DNA from: an uncultured Gemmatimonadales bacterium
GTDB lineage: Bacteria; Gemmatimonadota; Gemmatimonadetes; Gemmatimonadales; Gemmatimonadaceae
DNA: 64,000 nucleotides
Reading direction: 5' to 3'
NCBI GenBank assembly: GCA_963850905.1
Contig: CAWKMU010000003.1
Location: 1,152,001-1,216,000, forward strand
Below are positions 20,516 through 32,643 of the stretch, in pieces. A program made the position numbers and the translations under genes. Below the pieces are notes generated by a model that worked only from the letters and a program-made list of their open reading frames with translations, ran no database searches and was not told where the DNA came from. Every line of letters starts with the position of its first letter. The first letter of the stretch is position 1.

Positions 20516-23206
20516 GTGCTCCTCCGGTTGGTGTGGTGGGGAACGGCCCACGCCCAGGACGTCGCCACGACGCTGTATTACCTCCCGGTGTATGCTGTGG
20601 CGTCGGTCCTGTCCTGGCGCGCCTCCCGCCATCCAGCGCTCGGGCCTGCGACGCGGCGAGGGTGGCTCCTCTTCGCGATCGCCTCGCTCTGCATCTTCAC
20701 CAATGATTCGCTCGGCACATATCACGAGCTCGTGCTCCACGACGAGTCTCCGCACGTCTGGATCGATCTCTTCAGCCTCAGCGCCTATCCGTTCTGGATA
20801 GGCGGCCTCCTGGCCTTCCCGGTTGCGCCCAGGTCCCGGGATGAACGGGCCAAGTTCTGGTTCGACGTCGCAACCGTCTTGGTCGGCGGCACGATGCTGA
20901 CCTGGTACCTCGTGCTGCGGACCACCGCCATGGCGGCGAGCAGCCCGTGGAGCGACCGTCTCATGTCGGTCGCCTTCCCCGTTTCCGACCTCGTGCTGCT
21001 GCTCGCAGCGGCCACCATCCTCGCACGCGCGCCGGCTGAGGGCTCTCGCCGAGCGTTACAGATCGCCGTGGTTGGCATCGTCGGCCAGTTTGTCGCTGAC
21101 CTGGTCTATGGTCACCTGCGCTTGGTGAGCGATTATCACACCGGCGATATCATCGACGGTTTGTGGCTCACTGCAGGCCTCGCCTTCGGCGTCGCGGCGC
21201 GTGTGCAAGAGGTCGTGGCCACGCGGGGACACGCGCGGCAGCGGCAGGAAATCACCCCGCGGGCGCGGGTGGCGCTGTTGCCATACTTCTCCGTGGTCGC
21301 CGGCGTCGGCCTCCTCCTGTATGTCTCACGCCCAGTGTGGAACCAGCCACTGGGGCAGATCATCGTCGGGGCTCTGGCGCTGACCGCGCTGGTGGTGATG
21401 CGCCAGATCATCGCTGCGCGCGAGAATGTACGACTCGTGAAGGAGCGGATGCGTCAGGATGCACGCTTCCGGTCACTCGTGCAGAACGCATCGGACCTGA
21501 TTACGGTCGTCGACGCCAGTCATCGCATCTCGTATCAGAGCCCATCGATCGCGCGGCTCTTCGGGCATCAGCCCTCCGAGCTCGAAGGGCTGGCATTGTC
21601 GGAGCTCGTCCACCCCGACGACGCGAGCCGGGTGCAGTTGTTCCTGCACCGCACGATCGCCGAGGGGGGCACGTTGGCGACTGTCAACTGGCGCATGTGG
21701 CACCGCGACGGCAGCTGGCGCTCGGTCGAGAGCATTGGCATGAACCTGCTGCACGATGCCTCCGTTCGCGGCATCGTGCTGAACACACGCGACGTCAGCG
21801 AGCGAACGGCGCTCGAAGCCGAGCTCACCCACCAGGCATTCCACGATCCTCTGACAGGACTCGCCAACCGGGCATTGCTGCGTGATCGCACGGGGCATGC
21901 GTTGAGTCGGTCGCAGCGTCACGGTCAGGCGCCGCAAGCGCTGCTCTTTCTTGATCTCGACAATTTCAAGATGGTCAATGACAGTCTGGGCCACGCCGCC
22001 GGGGATTCACTGTTGGTCGAGGCAGCCCGGCGACTACTCGCCTGCGTTCGAAGCTCGGATACTGTGGCGCGACTGGGTGGCGACGAGTTCGCGGTATTCA
22101 TCGAGGATCCGGTGGATGAGGCGGCATGCACGGAGGTCGCCGAGCGGATCATTGCGGCGCTTGCGCGCCCGTTCTCGATCGGCCGGCGCGAGGTCTTCGT
22201 GGGCGCGAGTCTCGGGATTGCGACGGCACGCGATGGGGACGGAGCCGATGGTCTGCTGCGCAATGCTGACATGGCGATGTACCTCGCCAAGACGCGCGGC
22301 AAGGGACGGTACGAGCGTTTCGCGCCCGAGATGCACGTAACGGCCATCGAGCGCATCGAGCTCGAGTCCGATCTGCGGCATGCGATCGAGAACGGGGATC
22401 TCATTCTGCACTACCAGCCGATCGTCATGCTCGAGACTGGTGCGATCACCGGCGTCGAGGCGCTCGTGCGGTGGCATCACCCGCGCCGTGGCCTGTTGGC
22501 GCCCGGCCAGTTCATTGGGCTGGCGGAAGAGACCGGGATGATCCTGCCGCTCGGTGCGTGGGTGCTGCGCGAAGCCTGCAAGCAGGCGCAGCGCTGGCGG
22601 GAGCGCCGTGGTCCCGACGATCCGTTGGCGGTGACGGTCAATGTATCCGGCCGCCAGATCCAGAGCCCGCAATTCATTGCGGATGTCCGTGCGGCACTCG
22701 CCGAGTCGGGGCTCATGCCGCACGCCCTCATCCTGGAACTGACCGAGAGCGTCCTCACCGCGCACACGGAAACCGTACAGACGACACTTCACGCGCTCAA
22801 GACGGTGGGCGTGCGCCTCGCCATCGACGACTTCGGGACCGGATACTCGTCGCTGAGTTACCTGCAGCGCTTCCCCATCGACATCCTGAAGATCGCCAAG
22901 CCATTCGTCGACGACGTTGCCCATGCTGCGGGCGCGTCCGGCGTCGGCAGTCGTCGCGCCCTCGCGCAAGCCGTCATCACACTCGGCACAACGCTCTCCG
23001 TGCGGACGATCGCCGAAGGGATCGAATTACCTCAACAGCTCGACCGACTGCGGGAGCTCGGCTGCGACCTCGGCCAGGGGTTCCACTTCTCCCGTCCCGT
23101 CCCCGCGTCCGAGCTCGAGGCGCGATTGTTCGGGCCAGAGGCAGGCTTCGCCATAGACGGCCGTGGAGGCCGAGCGCGGCGCTCGACGGCGGTGGAGCCG
23201 TTGTAG
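20516..23206 (+). CDS. Membrane-bound PAS-GGDEF-EAL diguanylate cyclase/phosphodiesterase
   Basis: About 8-9 TM helices, PAS (FRSLVQNASDLI), HDPLTGLANR, RLGGDEF, EALVRW and DDFGTGYSSL. The N-terminus may extend upstream. Confidence 0.95.
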   Translation: MLLRLVWWGTAHAQDVATTLYYLPVYAVASVLSWRASRHPALGPATRRGWLLFAIASLCIFTNDSLGTYHELVLHDESPHVWIDLFSLSAYPFWIGGLLAFPVAPRSRDERAKFWFDVATVLVGGTMLTWYLVLRTTAMAASSPWSDRLMSVAFPVSDLVLLLAAATILARAPAEGSRRALQIAVVGIVGQFVADLVYGHLRLVSDYHTGDIIDGLWLTAGLAFGVAARVQEVVATRGHARQRQEITPRARVALLPYFSVVAGVGLLLYVSRPVWNQPLGQIIVGALALTALVVMRQIIAARENVRLVKERMRQDARFRSLVQNASDLITVVDASHRISYQSPSIARLFGHQPSELEGLALSELVHPDDASRVQLFLHRTIAEGGTLATVNWRMWHRDGSWRSVESIGMNLLHDASVRGIVLNTRDVSERTALEAELTHQAFHDPLTGLANRALLRDRTGHALSRSQRHGQAPQALLFLDLDNFKMVNDSLGHAAGDSLLVEAARRLLACVRSSDTVARLGGDEFAVFIEDPVDEAACTEVAERIIAALARPFSIGRREVFVGASLGIATARDGDGADGLLRNADMAMYLAKTRGKGRYERFAPEMHVTAIERIELESDLRHAIENGDLILHYQPIVMLETGAITGVEALVRWHHPRRGLLAPGQFIGLAEETGMILPLGAWVLREACKQAQRWRERRGPDDPLAVTVNVSGRQIQSPQFIADVRAALAESGLMPHALILELTESVLTAHTETVQTTLHALKTVGVRLAIDDFGTGYSSLSYLQRFPIDILKIAKPFVDDVAHAAGASGVGSRRALAQAVITLGTTLSVRTIAEGIELPQQLDRLRELGCDLGQGFHFSRPVPASELEARLFGPEAGFAIDGRGGRARRSTAVEPL

Positions 23207-23214
23207 TCTCTGCC

Positions 23215-26200
23215 TCAGTCCCCCTGCGCCGGCAGCGGCACCGGTCCACCACGGCCCAGCGCTTCCTTGCGGTGACGCCGGCGTTCGGCACGGCTTTCCA
23301 CCCAGGTCTGCAGCTCGTCGAAGTAGGTGTAGAACACCGGCGTGACGTACAGCGTCACGAGCTGGGAGAAGGCGAGACCACCGACGACGACCACGCCGAG
23401 CGGTCGACGCGTTGACGCGCCGGCGCCCCAGCCAAAGGCGATCGGGATCGCGCCCATCAGCGCCGCGACGGTCGTCATCATGATCGGCCGGAACCGAATG
23501 CTCGCCGCCTCGAGGATGGCGTCCTTCGGCGTCCTGTTGCCGGCGCGCTCGGTCTCGATCGCGAAGTCGATCATCATGATGGCGTTCTTCTTCACGATGC
23601 CGATGAGCATGATGATCCCGACGAAGCCGTAGATGTCGAGATCCATGCCGAACAACATGAGCGTACGCCAGCGCGCCGAACGCCGCGAACGGCAGGCCGG
23701 TCAGAATCGTGATCGGGTGGATGAAGCTTTCGTAGAGCACGCCGAGAATGATGTAGATCACGAAGATGGTGAGAGCGAGGAGCAGGGGGAGCCCATCGCA
23801 TCGACTGCTCGAACGCCTGGGCCGTGCCGGCGAAGTTCATCGTGATCGCCGGCGGCAATGTCTCCTTGGCGATCTGTTGGACGGTGTTGACGGCCGTGCC
23901 GAGCGAGACGCCAGGCCGCAGATCGAAGGAGATCGTTACCGAGGGGAGCTGGCCCGAGTGGTTGATCGTCACCGGGCCGAGATCGGAGACGAACCGCGCG
24001 ACTGTCGACATCGGGATCTCCAGGCCACTCGTCGACCGCACGTAGAGCGAGTTGAGGGCGTTGATGTCTCGCTGATAGCGCGGCAACACCTCCATGACGA
24101 CCCAGTACTCGTTGGTCGACGTATAGATCGTCGACACCTGGCGCTGGCCGAACGAGTCGTAGAGGACGTTCTCGATCTCGGCTGCCGAGACGCCGAGGGC
24201 GGCCGCCTTGGCTCGGTCGATCTGGATCGTGACCTGCGGATTCTCGATCAGGAGGTCGCTCGTGACACCACTGAGCTGTGGGAGCTGCCTTGAGCTTCGC
24301 CTCCAGCACGCCGCGCGCTCGAATCCAGCACGCGTGATGTTGCCGCTCTGCATCGTGAACTGGTACAGGCTCTTCGTCTGCGAGACCGCCGATCGAGATC
24401 GCAGGCGGGTTCTGCACGTAGACCGAGATCCCCGGGACGCCGCCGACCTCCTGGGTCAGCAGTGCGGGTGATCTGGTCCGCGGAGTGCTTGCGCTGGCTG
24501 ATCGGCTTCAGGTTGATAGTGATCTGGCCCTGGTTGGCACGCGGCCAGCGTGCCGACCGACGACTGCACCGACGCGACGTCGGGGTTCTGCGCCATGATC
24601 TGGGCGACTTCCTGCTGGTGCGCGATCAGCCCGTCGTACGAGACGCCCTCCGCGGCTTCGGTCGTCGCGATCAGCTGGCCGGTGTCGTCGGTCGGGAAGA
24701 GGCCCTTGGGGATCGCGTAGAAGAGCCACCCCGTCACGACGAGCGTCACAGCGGAGAACGCCAGCGCCTCGAGCCGGTGGTTCATGACCCAGGCGAGACT
24801 GTCCTCGTATGCCTTGAGCACCCGCTCGTAGCCGGCTTCGACGGCGTTGTACAGGCGGCCGTGCACCACGCCGTGGTCCGACCGGAGGAACCGGCTGCAC
24901 AGCATGGGCGTGAGCTCAGCGACACGAAGCCCGACACGAGGATCGAGACGCCGATGGTGACCGCGAACTCGTGGAACAGCTTCCCGATGATGCCCTGCAT
25001 GAAGAGCACCGGGATGAACACCGCGGCGAGCGACAAGCGTCATCGACAGAATGGTGAAGCCGACTTCGGCCGATCCATCGAGCGCCGCCTGCATGCGCGG
25101 CTTCCCCATCTCCAGGTGCCGCACGATGTTCTCGAGCATCACGATGGCGTCGTCGACCACGAAGCCCGACGGCGAGCGTCAGCGCCATGAGCGACAGGTT
25201 GTCGAGGCTGTAGCCCAGCAGGTACATCACCGAGAACGTGCCGATGATGGACATCGGCAGGGCGAGGCTCGGGATGAGCGTCGCCGACACGTTCTTGAGG
25301 AACACGAAGATCACGCGCGACGACGAGCACCAGCGTCAGCAGCAGCGTGAACTTGACGTCGTCGACCGAGGCCTCGATGGACTGCGACCGGTCGTACAAG
25401 ATCTCCACGTCCACGGTCGTGGGGATCTCGTTGTGGATGCGCGCGAGCGCGGCTTTGACGCCGTTGGCGACCTTGACCGTGTTGGTGCCCGGCTGCCGCT
25501 GCACCGCGAGCACGATCGCCGGCTCGCCGTTCACCCAGCCCGCGGTCTTGTTGTTCTGCACGTCGTTGGTGACCCGCCCGACGTCGCTGGAGTCGGACCG
25601 GGGCGCCGTTGCGGTACGCGACGATCATGCTCGCGAACGAGGCCGCGTTCGGCAGCTGGCCGCTGGCCTGCGACCGTCAGCGCCATGCTGGGCCCCCACA
25701 GAATGCCGGTCGGGATGTTCACGTTCTGGGCGTTGACGGCCGTGTTGACGTCCTCGAGGTCGATGCCCCGCGGCCGCGAGCAACTGCGGGTCGAGCTGGA
25801 TGCGCACCGCGTACTTCTGCTGGCCATAGACCAGCACCTGGGCCACGCCGCTCGACCGTCGAGAGGCGCTGCGCGATCGTCGTCTCGCCGTACTCGTCGA
25901 GGGTCGACAGCGGCAGCGACGGCGACATGATCGCGAAGTACAGGATCGGCGTCGCCGCGGGGTTGGTCTTCTGGTACGACGGCGGGATGATGCCCTGCGG
26001 CAGCGTGCGCAGCGTCTGGGTGATCGCGGCCTGGATGTCCTGGGCGGCGGCGTCGATGTTGCGATCGAGCACGAACTGCACGACGATGGTCGTGGTCCCG
26101 ATGCTGCTCGTCGACGTCATGTTGTCGATGCCGGCGATCGTCGAGAACTGCTTCTCGAGCGGCGTGGCCACCGTCGACGCCATCGTTTCGGCGTTGGCGC

Positions 26201-26365
26201 CCGGCAGCGTGCGCGGTGACCGTGACTGTCGGGTAGTCGACGTTGGGCAGGTCGCTCACCGGCAGCCGCGTATAGGCGATGTATGCCGAAGAAGACGATG
26301 CGAGATCATGACGAGCGTCGTCATGACCGGGCGAGTAATGAAAAGACGCGTCATGAGAGAGACAT
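23215..26365 (-). CDS. RND permease 3 (MdtB/MdtC-like), many frameshifts
   Basis: Fragments in several frames cover the whole [77 protein letters not shown], ...PAQGD*. Confidence 0.85.
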
Positions 26366-26373
26366 AAGCGGTG

Positions 26374-29300
26374 TCAGTCGCCCGCGGGGGCCGGAGCCGT
26401 GAGTGGAACACCGGCGCGGGATCGATGTGGTGACGTTGCGTCCGAGCCAGGCCTGCAGCTCGTCGAGGTAGGTGTAGAACACCGGGGTCATGTAGAGCGT
26501 GACAATCTGCGAGAATGGCGAGCCCGCCGACGACGACGATGCCAATGCCTTGTCGGGACGCCCCGGTGGCGCCCAGACCGATCGCGAGCGGGAGGCTGCC
26601 CATGATGGCGGCGGCCGTCGTCATCATGATCGGCCGGAAGCGGATGCTCGCCGCCTCGACGATCGCTTCCGCCGCCGCCTTGTGCCCGACGCGTTCGGTC
26701 GCGATCGCGAAGTCGATCATCATGATGGCGTTCTTCTTCACGATCCCGATCAGCATGATCATGCCGACATAGCCGTAGACATCGAGGCTGTGGCGCGTGA
26801 CGAGCAGCGCGATGAGCGCGCCGACGGCCGCGAAGGGAATACCCGACAGAATGGTGATCGGGTGGATGAAGCTCTCGTACAGGATCCCGAGCACCACATA
26901 GATCACGAACACCGAGAGCAGGAGCAGGACGACCAGACCTTGCTGCGAGGCCTGAAACGCCTGCGCCTGTCCGGCGAACCCGGCGGTGATGTGGGACGGC
27001 ACGATTTGGTGAGCCATCTTCTCGACTAGCCCGACGGCCTGGCTCAACGCCACGTCCGAGGACGACGTTGAACGAGATCGTCACCGAGGGCAGCTGACCC
27101 GAGTGATCGATCTCGAGTGGTCCGACGCCGCGCTGCAGTCGCGCGATGGAAGTCAGCGGCACGATCTGCTTCGTTCGCGGCGAGTAGATGTAGAGCTGCT
27201 TCAGCGAGTTCTCGTCGCGCTCGTACTGGGGCATGGACTCCATCACGACCCAGTACTCATTCGTCGGCGTGTAGATCGTCGACACCTGGCTCGAGCCATA
27301 TGCGTCGTACAGCGTCTGCTCGATCTGATTGGCGGTAATGCCGAACTTGGACGCCTCGTCGCGATCGATGAGGACATGGACCTCCGGGTTCTTGATCTGC
27401 AGATCGCTCGTCACGCCCTCGAACTCGTGGCGCGCCTCGAGGCGCTTCTGGAGTTGCTCCGCGACGTTCTCGACCTCGTGGAGATCGGGCGCCAGCAGGG
27501 TGTACTGGTAAAAGCTCTTCGAGCCGCGGCCGCCCACGCGAATGGACGGTGGGTTCTGCACGAATACGGCGATCCCCGGGACCGTGTTGAGCTTCGGCAT
27601 GAGCTCGCTCACGACCGAATCCGCGGTGAGGTGGCGGTCACTCGGTCCGGATCCCAGCGGCTTCAGCACCATGTACACGCGCCCCTGGTTGGCCGAGCCC
27701 TGCGAGCCGACCGATGGCATGATCGACTGGATGTTGGGGTCTTTGAGCAGGATGCTATCGATGCGCTGCTGGAGCGGCAGGATCGCCGAGAAGGAGATGC
27801 CCTCCGCGCCCTCGGTCGTCGCCATGAGCTGTCCCGTGTCGTCGCTGGGGAACAGTCCCTTGGGCGTCGTGATGAAGAGAACCACCATGATCACGAGCGT
27901 GAGTGCCGAGAGCCCCAGCATGACGGGCCGGTGGCGCATGACCCAGACGAGACTCCGCTCGTACGCATGCAGTGCCGAGTTGAAGCCGGCCTCCGACCAG
28001 TTGTAGAGCCGCCCATGCTTTTGCGTATGCACGGGACTCAGGAACCGGCTGCACAGCATTGGCGTGAGCGTCAACGACACACACCCGGACACCAGAATCG
28101 CCACGGCGATCGTCACACCGAACTCGTGGAACAACATCCCGATGAGGCCGCCCATGAACATGATCGGGATGAACACCGCCGAGAGCGACGTGGTCATCGT
28201 CACGATGGTCGACCCCACCTCGGCGGCACCGTCGAGGGCGGCCTGCATGCGGGGTTTGCCCATCTCCATGTGGCGCACGATGTTCTCGAGCACGACGATG
28301 GCATCATCGACGACGAAGCCCACGGCGAGAGTGAGCGCCATGAGGGAGAGGTTGTCGATGCTGTAGTGGAACAGGTACATCACCGAGAACGTGCCGATGA
28401 CGGACATCGGCAGGGCGAGGCTCGGGATGATCGTCGCCGAGACGTTGCGCAGGAAGAAGAAGATCACGAGCACGACCAGCACGAGCGCAACGCCGAAGGC
28501 GAACTTGACGTCGTGTACCCCACGCCCGATCGACACGGCCCGGTCGTAGGTGACGCGCAGGGTGACATCTGGCGGGATCTCGCCCTTGATCTCATCGAGC
28601 AGGACGTGGACGGCACGCGTGACGGCGACGGTGTTGGTGCCGGGCTGCCGCAGGACGTACAATCCGACGGACCGCTCATCGTTGAACCAGGCGGCCGTGC
28701 GGTTGTTTTGCACGTCATCCGTGACGCTGGCTATGTCGCGGAGGCGCACGGGGGCGCCATTGTGATACGCGACGACGATGTCGCCGAACTCACGGGCGTT
28801 GTAGAGGTTGCCAGTGGCCTGGACCGTGATGGTCTGGTGCGCTCCCCACATGACGCCCGTTGGCAGATTCACGTTCTGCTCGTTGACGGCATTGGTCACC
28901 TGATCGACACCGATCCCGCGTGAAGCGAGTGCCTCCGGGTTGAGCGCAATGCGGACGGCGTACTTCTGCTGTCCCCACACACCCACCTCGGCGACACCGT
29001 CGACCATCGACAGGCGCTGGGCGATGGTGGTTTCGGCGACCTCGTCGAGCACCGAGAGCGGCTCGATCTTGGACGTCAGCGCCATGAACATGACGGGCGC
29101 CGCGGCGGGGTTGGAGCGGTGGAAGCTCGGGGGGATGATGCCGACCGGCAGGTAGACCATCGCCTGCGAGATCGCCGCTTGGACGTCCTGCGCCGCGGCG
29201 TCGATCTTTCGATCGACGTTGAACTGAATGACGATGTCCGTCGACCCGAGGTCGCTCGACGACGTCATGTTGTCGATGCCGGCAATCGTCGAGAATTGCT

Positions 29301-29512
29301 TCTCGAGCGGGTGTGGCCACCGCGGCCGCCATCGTCTCCGGGCTCGCACCAGGGAGCTGGGCGAACACGTGAATGGTCGGATAATCGACGTTCGGCAGGT
29401 CGCTGACCGGCAGTTTGGTGTACGCGATGATCCCAAAGGCCAACACGCCGACCATGACGAGCGTCGTCATGACCGGACGCATGATGAAGAGCCGCGGGAT
29501 CGAGAAGGGCAT
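26374..29512 (-). CDS. RND permease 2 (MdtB/MdtC-like), frameshifted
   Basis: [17 protein letters not shown] start, then 982-aa and 265-aa ORF pieces with [19 protein letters not shown] and RFRPIMMTT. Probable end ...PAGD* at 26374. Confidence 0.9.
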
Positions 29513-29518
29513 CAGCGG

Positions 29519-32500
29519 TCAATCACCGGCAGGGGCCGGCGTCGGAAGTGGCCCGGACACTTCGCTGGTGAGGCTGCGGCCAAGCCAGGCCTGGAGCTCG
29601 TCGAGGTAGGTGTAGAACACGGGGGTCATGTACAGCGTGACGACCTGTGAGATCGCCAGCCCGCCGACCACCACGATACCGAGGCCCTGGCGAGATGCGC
29701 CGGTTGCACCGAGGCCGATCGCGATGGGGAAACTGCCCATGATGGCAGCCGCCGTCGTCATCATGATCGGCCGGAAGCGAATGCTCGCTGCTTCGATGAT
29801 GGACTCGGACGCCGACTTGTGCGTGCTCCGCTCGGTCGCGATCGCGAAATCGATCATCATGATGGCGTTCTTCTTCACGATCCCGATCAGCATGATCATC
29901 CCGACGATATCCGTAGATGTCCAGCTGATTGTGCGTGACCAAGAGGGCGATGAGTGCGCCAACCGCCGCAAAGGGGATGCCGGAGAGGATGGTGATCGGA
30001 TGGATAAAGCTCTCGTACAGAGTCCCAAGGACGACGTAGATCACGAAGACGGAGAGGAGCAGCAGCACGACGAGCCCTTGCTGCGACGCCTGGAACGCAG
30101 CCGCCGTCCCCCCAAACGCCGAGCTGATGGTTGGCGAAAGGACCTGGCGAGCCTCGTTCTGCACGAGCGCAACCGCCTGACTCAACGCGACGTTGCCGGC
30201 GACGTTGAACGAGATCGTGACCGAGGGGAGCTGACCCGAGTGGTTGATGCTCAGTGGACCGACCGTTCGTTGCAGTCGCGCGATCGTGGAGAGCGGCACA
30301 AGCTGGTTCGTGGTCGGGGAGTGGATGTAGAGCTGATCGAGCGAATGCTCGTCACGCTCGTACTCGGGCATGGACTCCATGACGACCCAGTACTCGTTGG
30401 TCGGCGTGTAGATGGTCGACACCTGGCGCGAGCCATACGCGTCGTACAGCGTGTGCTCGAGTCTGGCTCGCCGTGATCCCGAGCTGGGTGGCGCGATCGC
30501 GGTCGATGAGCACCGTCACTTCAGGATTCTTGATCTGGAGGTCCGTCGTCACGCCCACGAGTTGATGGATCTTCTGCAGCCGCGCCTGCAGTGTCAGCGC
30601 GGCTTGATCGAGCGCAGCAAGGTCGGGGCCGAACAGCGAGAACTGATAGAGGCTTTTCGACTGTCGGCCACCAATGCGGATCGAGGGCGGGTTCTGAATG
30701 AACGTCGTGATGCCAGGAACGGTGTTCGCCTTGCGCATGAGCTCATTGGTGATCGCATCGGCGGCCACATGCCGATCGTTCGGGCCCTTCCCCAGCGGCT
30801 TGAGGATGACGAACACCCGTCCCTGATTGGCGGAGCCCTGCGAGCCAACCGAGGGCATGATCGATTGGACATTCGGATCTTTGAGAAGGATCGCGTCGAC
30901 CTTTTGTTGCAAAGGCAGAATCGCCTCGTATGAGATGCCCTCTGCGCCCTCAGTGGTTGCCATGAGCTGGCCGGTATCATCACTCGGCAGGAATCCCTTC
31001 GGGATCGCTCGGAAGAGCACCACCATGATGGCGAGCGTCGCGGCCGAGAGTCCAAGCATGAGGGGACGGTGGCGCATGACCCAGACGAGACTCCGCTCGT
31101 ACGCATGCAGTGCAGAGTTGAACGCCGTCTCCGACCAGTTGTAGAGGCGCCCATGCTTTTGCGTATGCACGGGACTCAGGAACCGGCTGCACAGCATTGG
31201 CGTGAGCGTCAACGACACACACCCGGACACCAGAATCGCCACGGCGATCGTCACACCGAACTCGTGGAACAACATCCCGATGAGGCCGCCCATGAACATG
31301 ATCGGGATGAACACCGCCGAGAGCGACGTGGTCATCGTCACGATGGTCGACCCCACCTCGGCGGCACCGTCCAGGGCGGCCTGCATGCGGGGTTTGCCCA
31401 TCTCCATGTGGCGCACGATGTTCTCGAGCACGACGATGGCATCATCGACGACGAAACCCACGGCGAGGGTGAGCGCCATGAGGGAGAGGCTGTCGATGCT
31501 GTAGTTGAGCAGATACATCACCGAGAACGTGCCGATGATGGACATCGGCAGCGCGAGGCTCGGGATGATCGTGGCCGACACGTTGCGTAGGAAGAAGAAA
31601 ATCACGAGCACGACGAGCACGAGCGCAACGACCAGCGTGAACTTGACGTCCGAGACGCCGCGCTCAATGGACTGCGCGCGATCGTACGGCACGATGAGCT
31701 TGGCGTCCGGCGGGATCTCTCCGCGGATCTCATCGAGAATCGTCTGGACGTCGCGCGTGACCTGGATCGTGTTGGTACCAGGCTGCCGCATGACGGCCAG
31801 CATGATCGCGCGCTGGTTGTTGTACCAGGCGGCGGTCCGGTTGTTTTGCACGTCGTCGGTGACGGTCGCGACATCGCGCAATAGCACCGGCGCACTGTTG
31901 TGGTACGCCACGACGATCTGCTGGAACTGGGCGGCGTTGAACAGGTTACCCGTCGCCTGGACCGTGATGGCTTGATTCGGGCCCCACATGACGCCGGTCG
32001 GGAGATTGACGTTCTGCGCGTTGACCGCCGCGGTGACCTGATCCACGCCGATCCCGCGTGACGCGAGCGCTTGCGGGTTGAGCGCGATGCGCACCGCATA
32101 CTTCTGTGAGCCCCAGACCGAGACTTGCGACACGCCGTTGACCATCGAAATGCGCTGCGCGATGGTCGTTTCGCCAAGCTCATCGAGCACGGAGAGCGGC
32201 TCGATGCCGGAGGTCAGCACCATGAACAACACGGGTGCAGCCGCCGGGTTCTGACGGAAGAACGAAGGCGGGATGATGCCCGTCGGCAGATTGACGAGCG
32301 CCTGGGAGATGCCGGCTTCGACGTCTTGGGCGGCGGCGTTGATGTTGCGATCGAGGTTGAATTGGATCGTGATCGACGTCGACCCCAGCACACTCGACGA
32401 CGTCATGTTGTCGATGCCGGCGATCGTCGAGAACTGTTTCTCGAGCGGCGTCGCCACCGCCGCCGCCATGGTCTCCGGGCTGGCGCCGGGCAGCGACGCG

Positions 32501-32643
32501 TTGACGTTGATCGTCGGATAGTCGACGTTGGGATAGTCGCTCACGGGCAACTTCGTGTAGGCGATCATCCCGAAGATCAGGACGCCCAGCATGACGAGGG
32601 TCGTCATGACTGGGCGTCGAATGAAGAGGCCGGTGACGTTCAT
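29519..32643 (-). CDS. RND permease 1 (MdtB/MdtC-like), frameshifts at ~30465 and ~29910
   Basis: MNVTGLFIRRPVMTT; 763+299+169-aa pieces with the full RND motif set; ends PAPAGD*. Confidence 0.92.

Noticed and set aside
27103..28923. Long antisense ORFs (606 aa here; also 15618-16853, 40384-41787, 49879-51087)
   Set aside because: Shadow ORFs opposite well-supported genes, expected in high-GC DNA, with no recognisable motifs.
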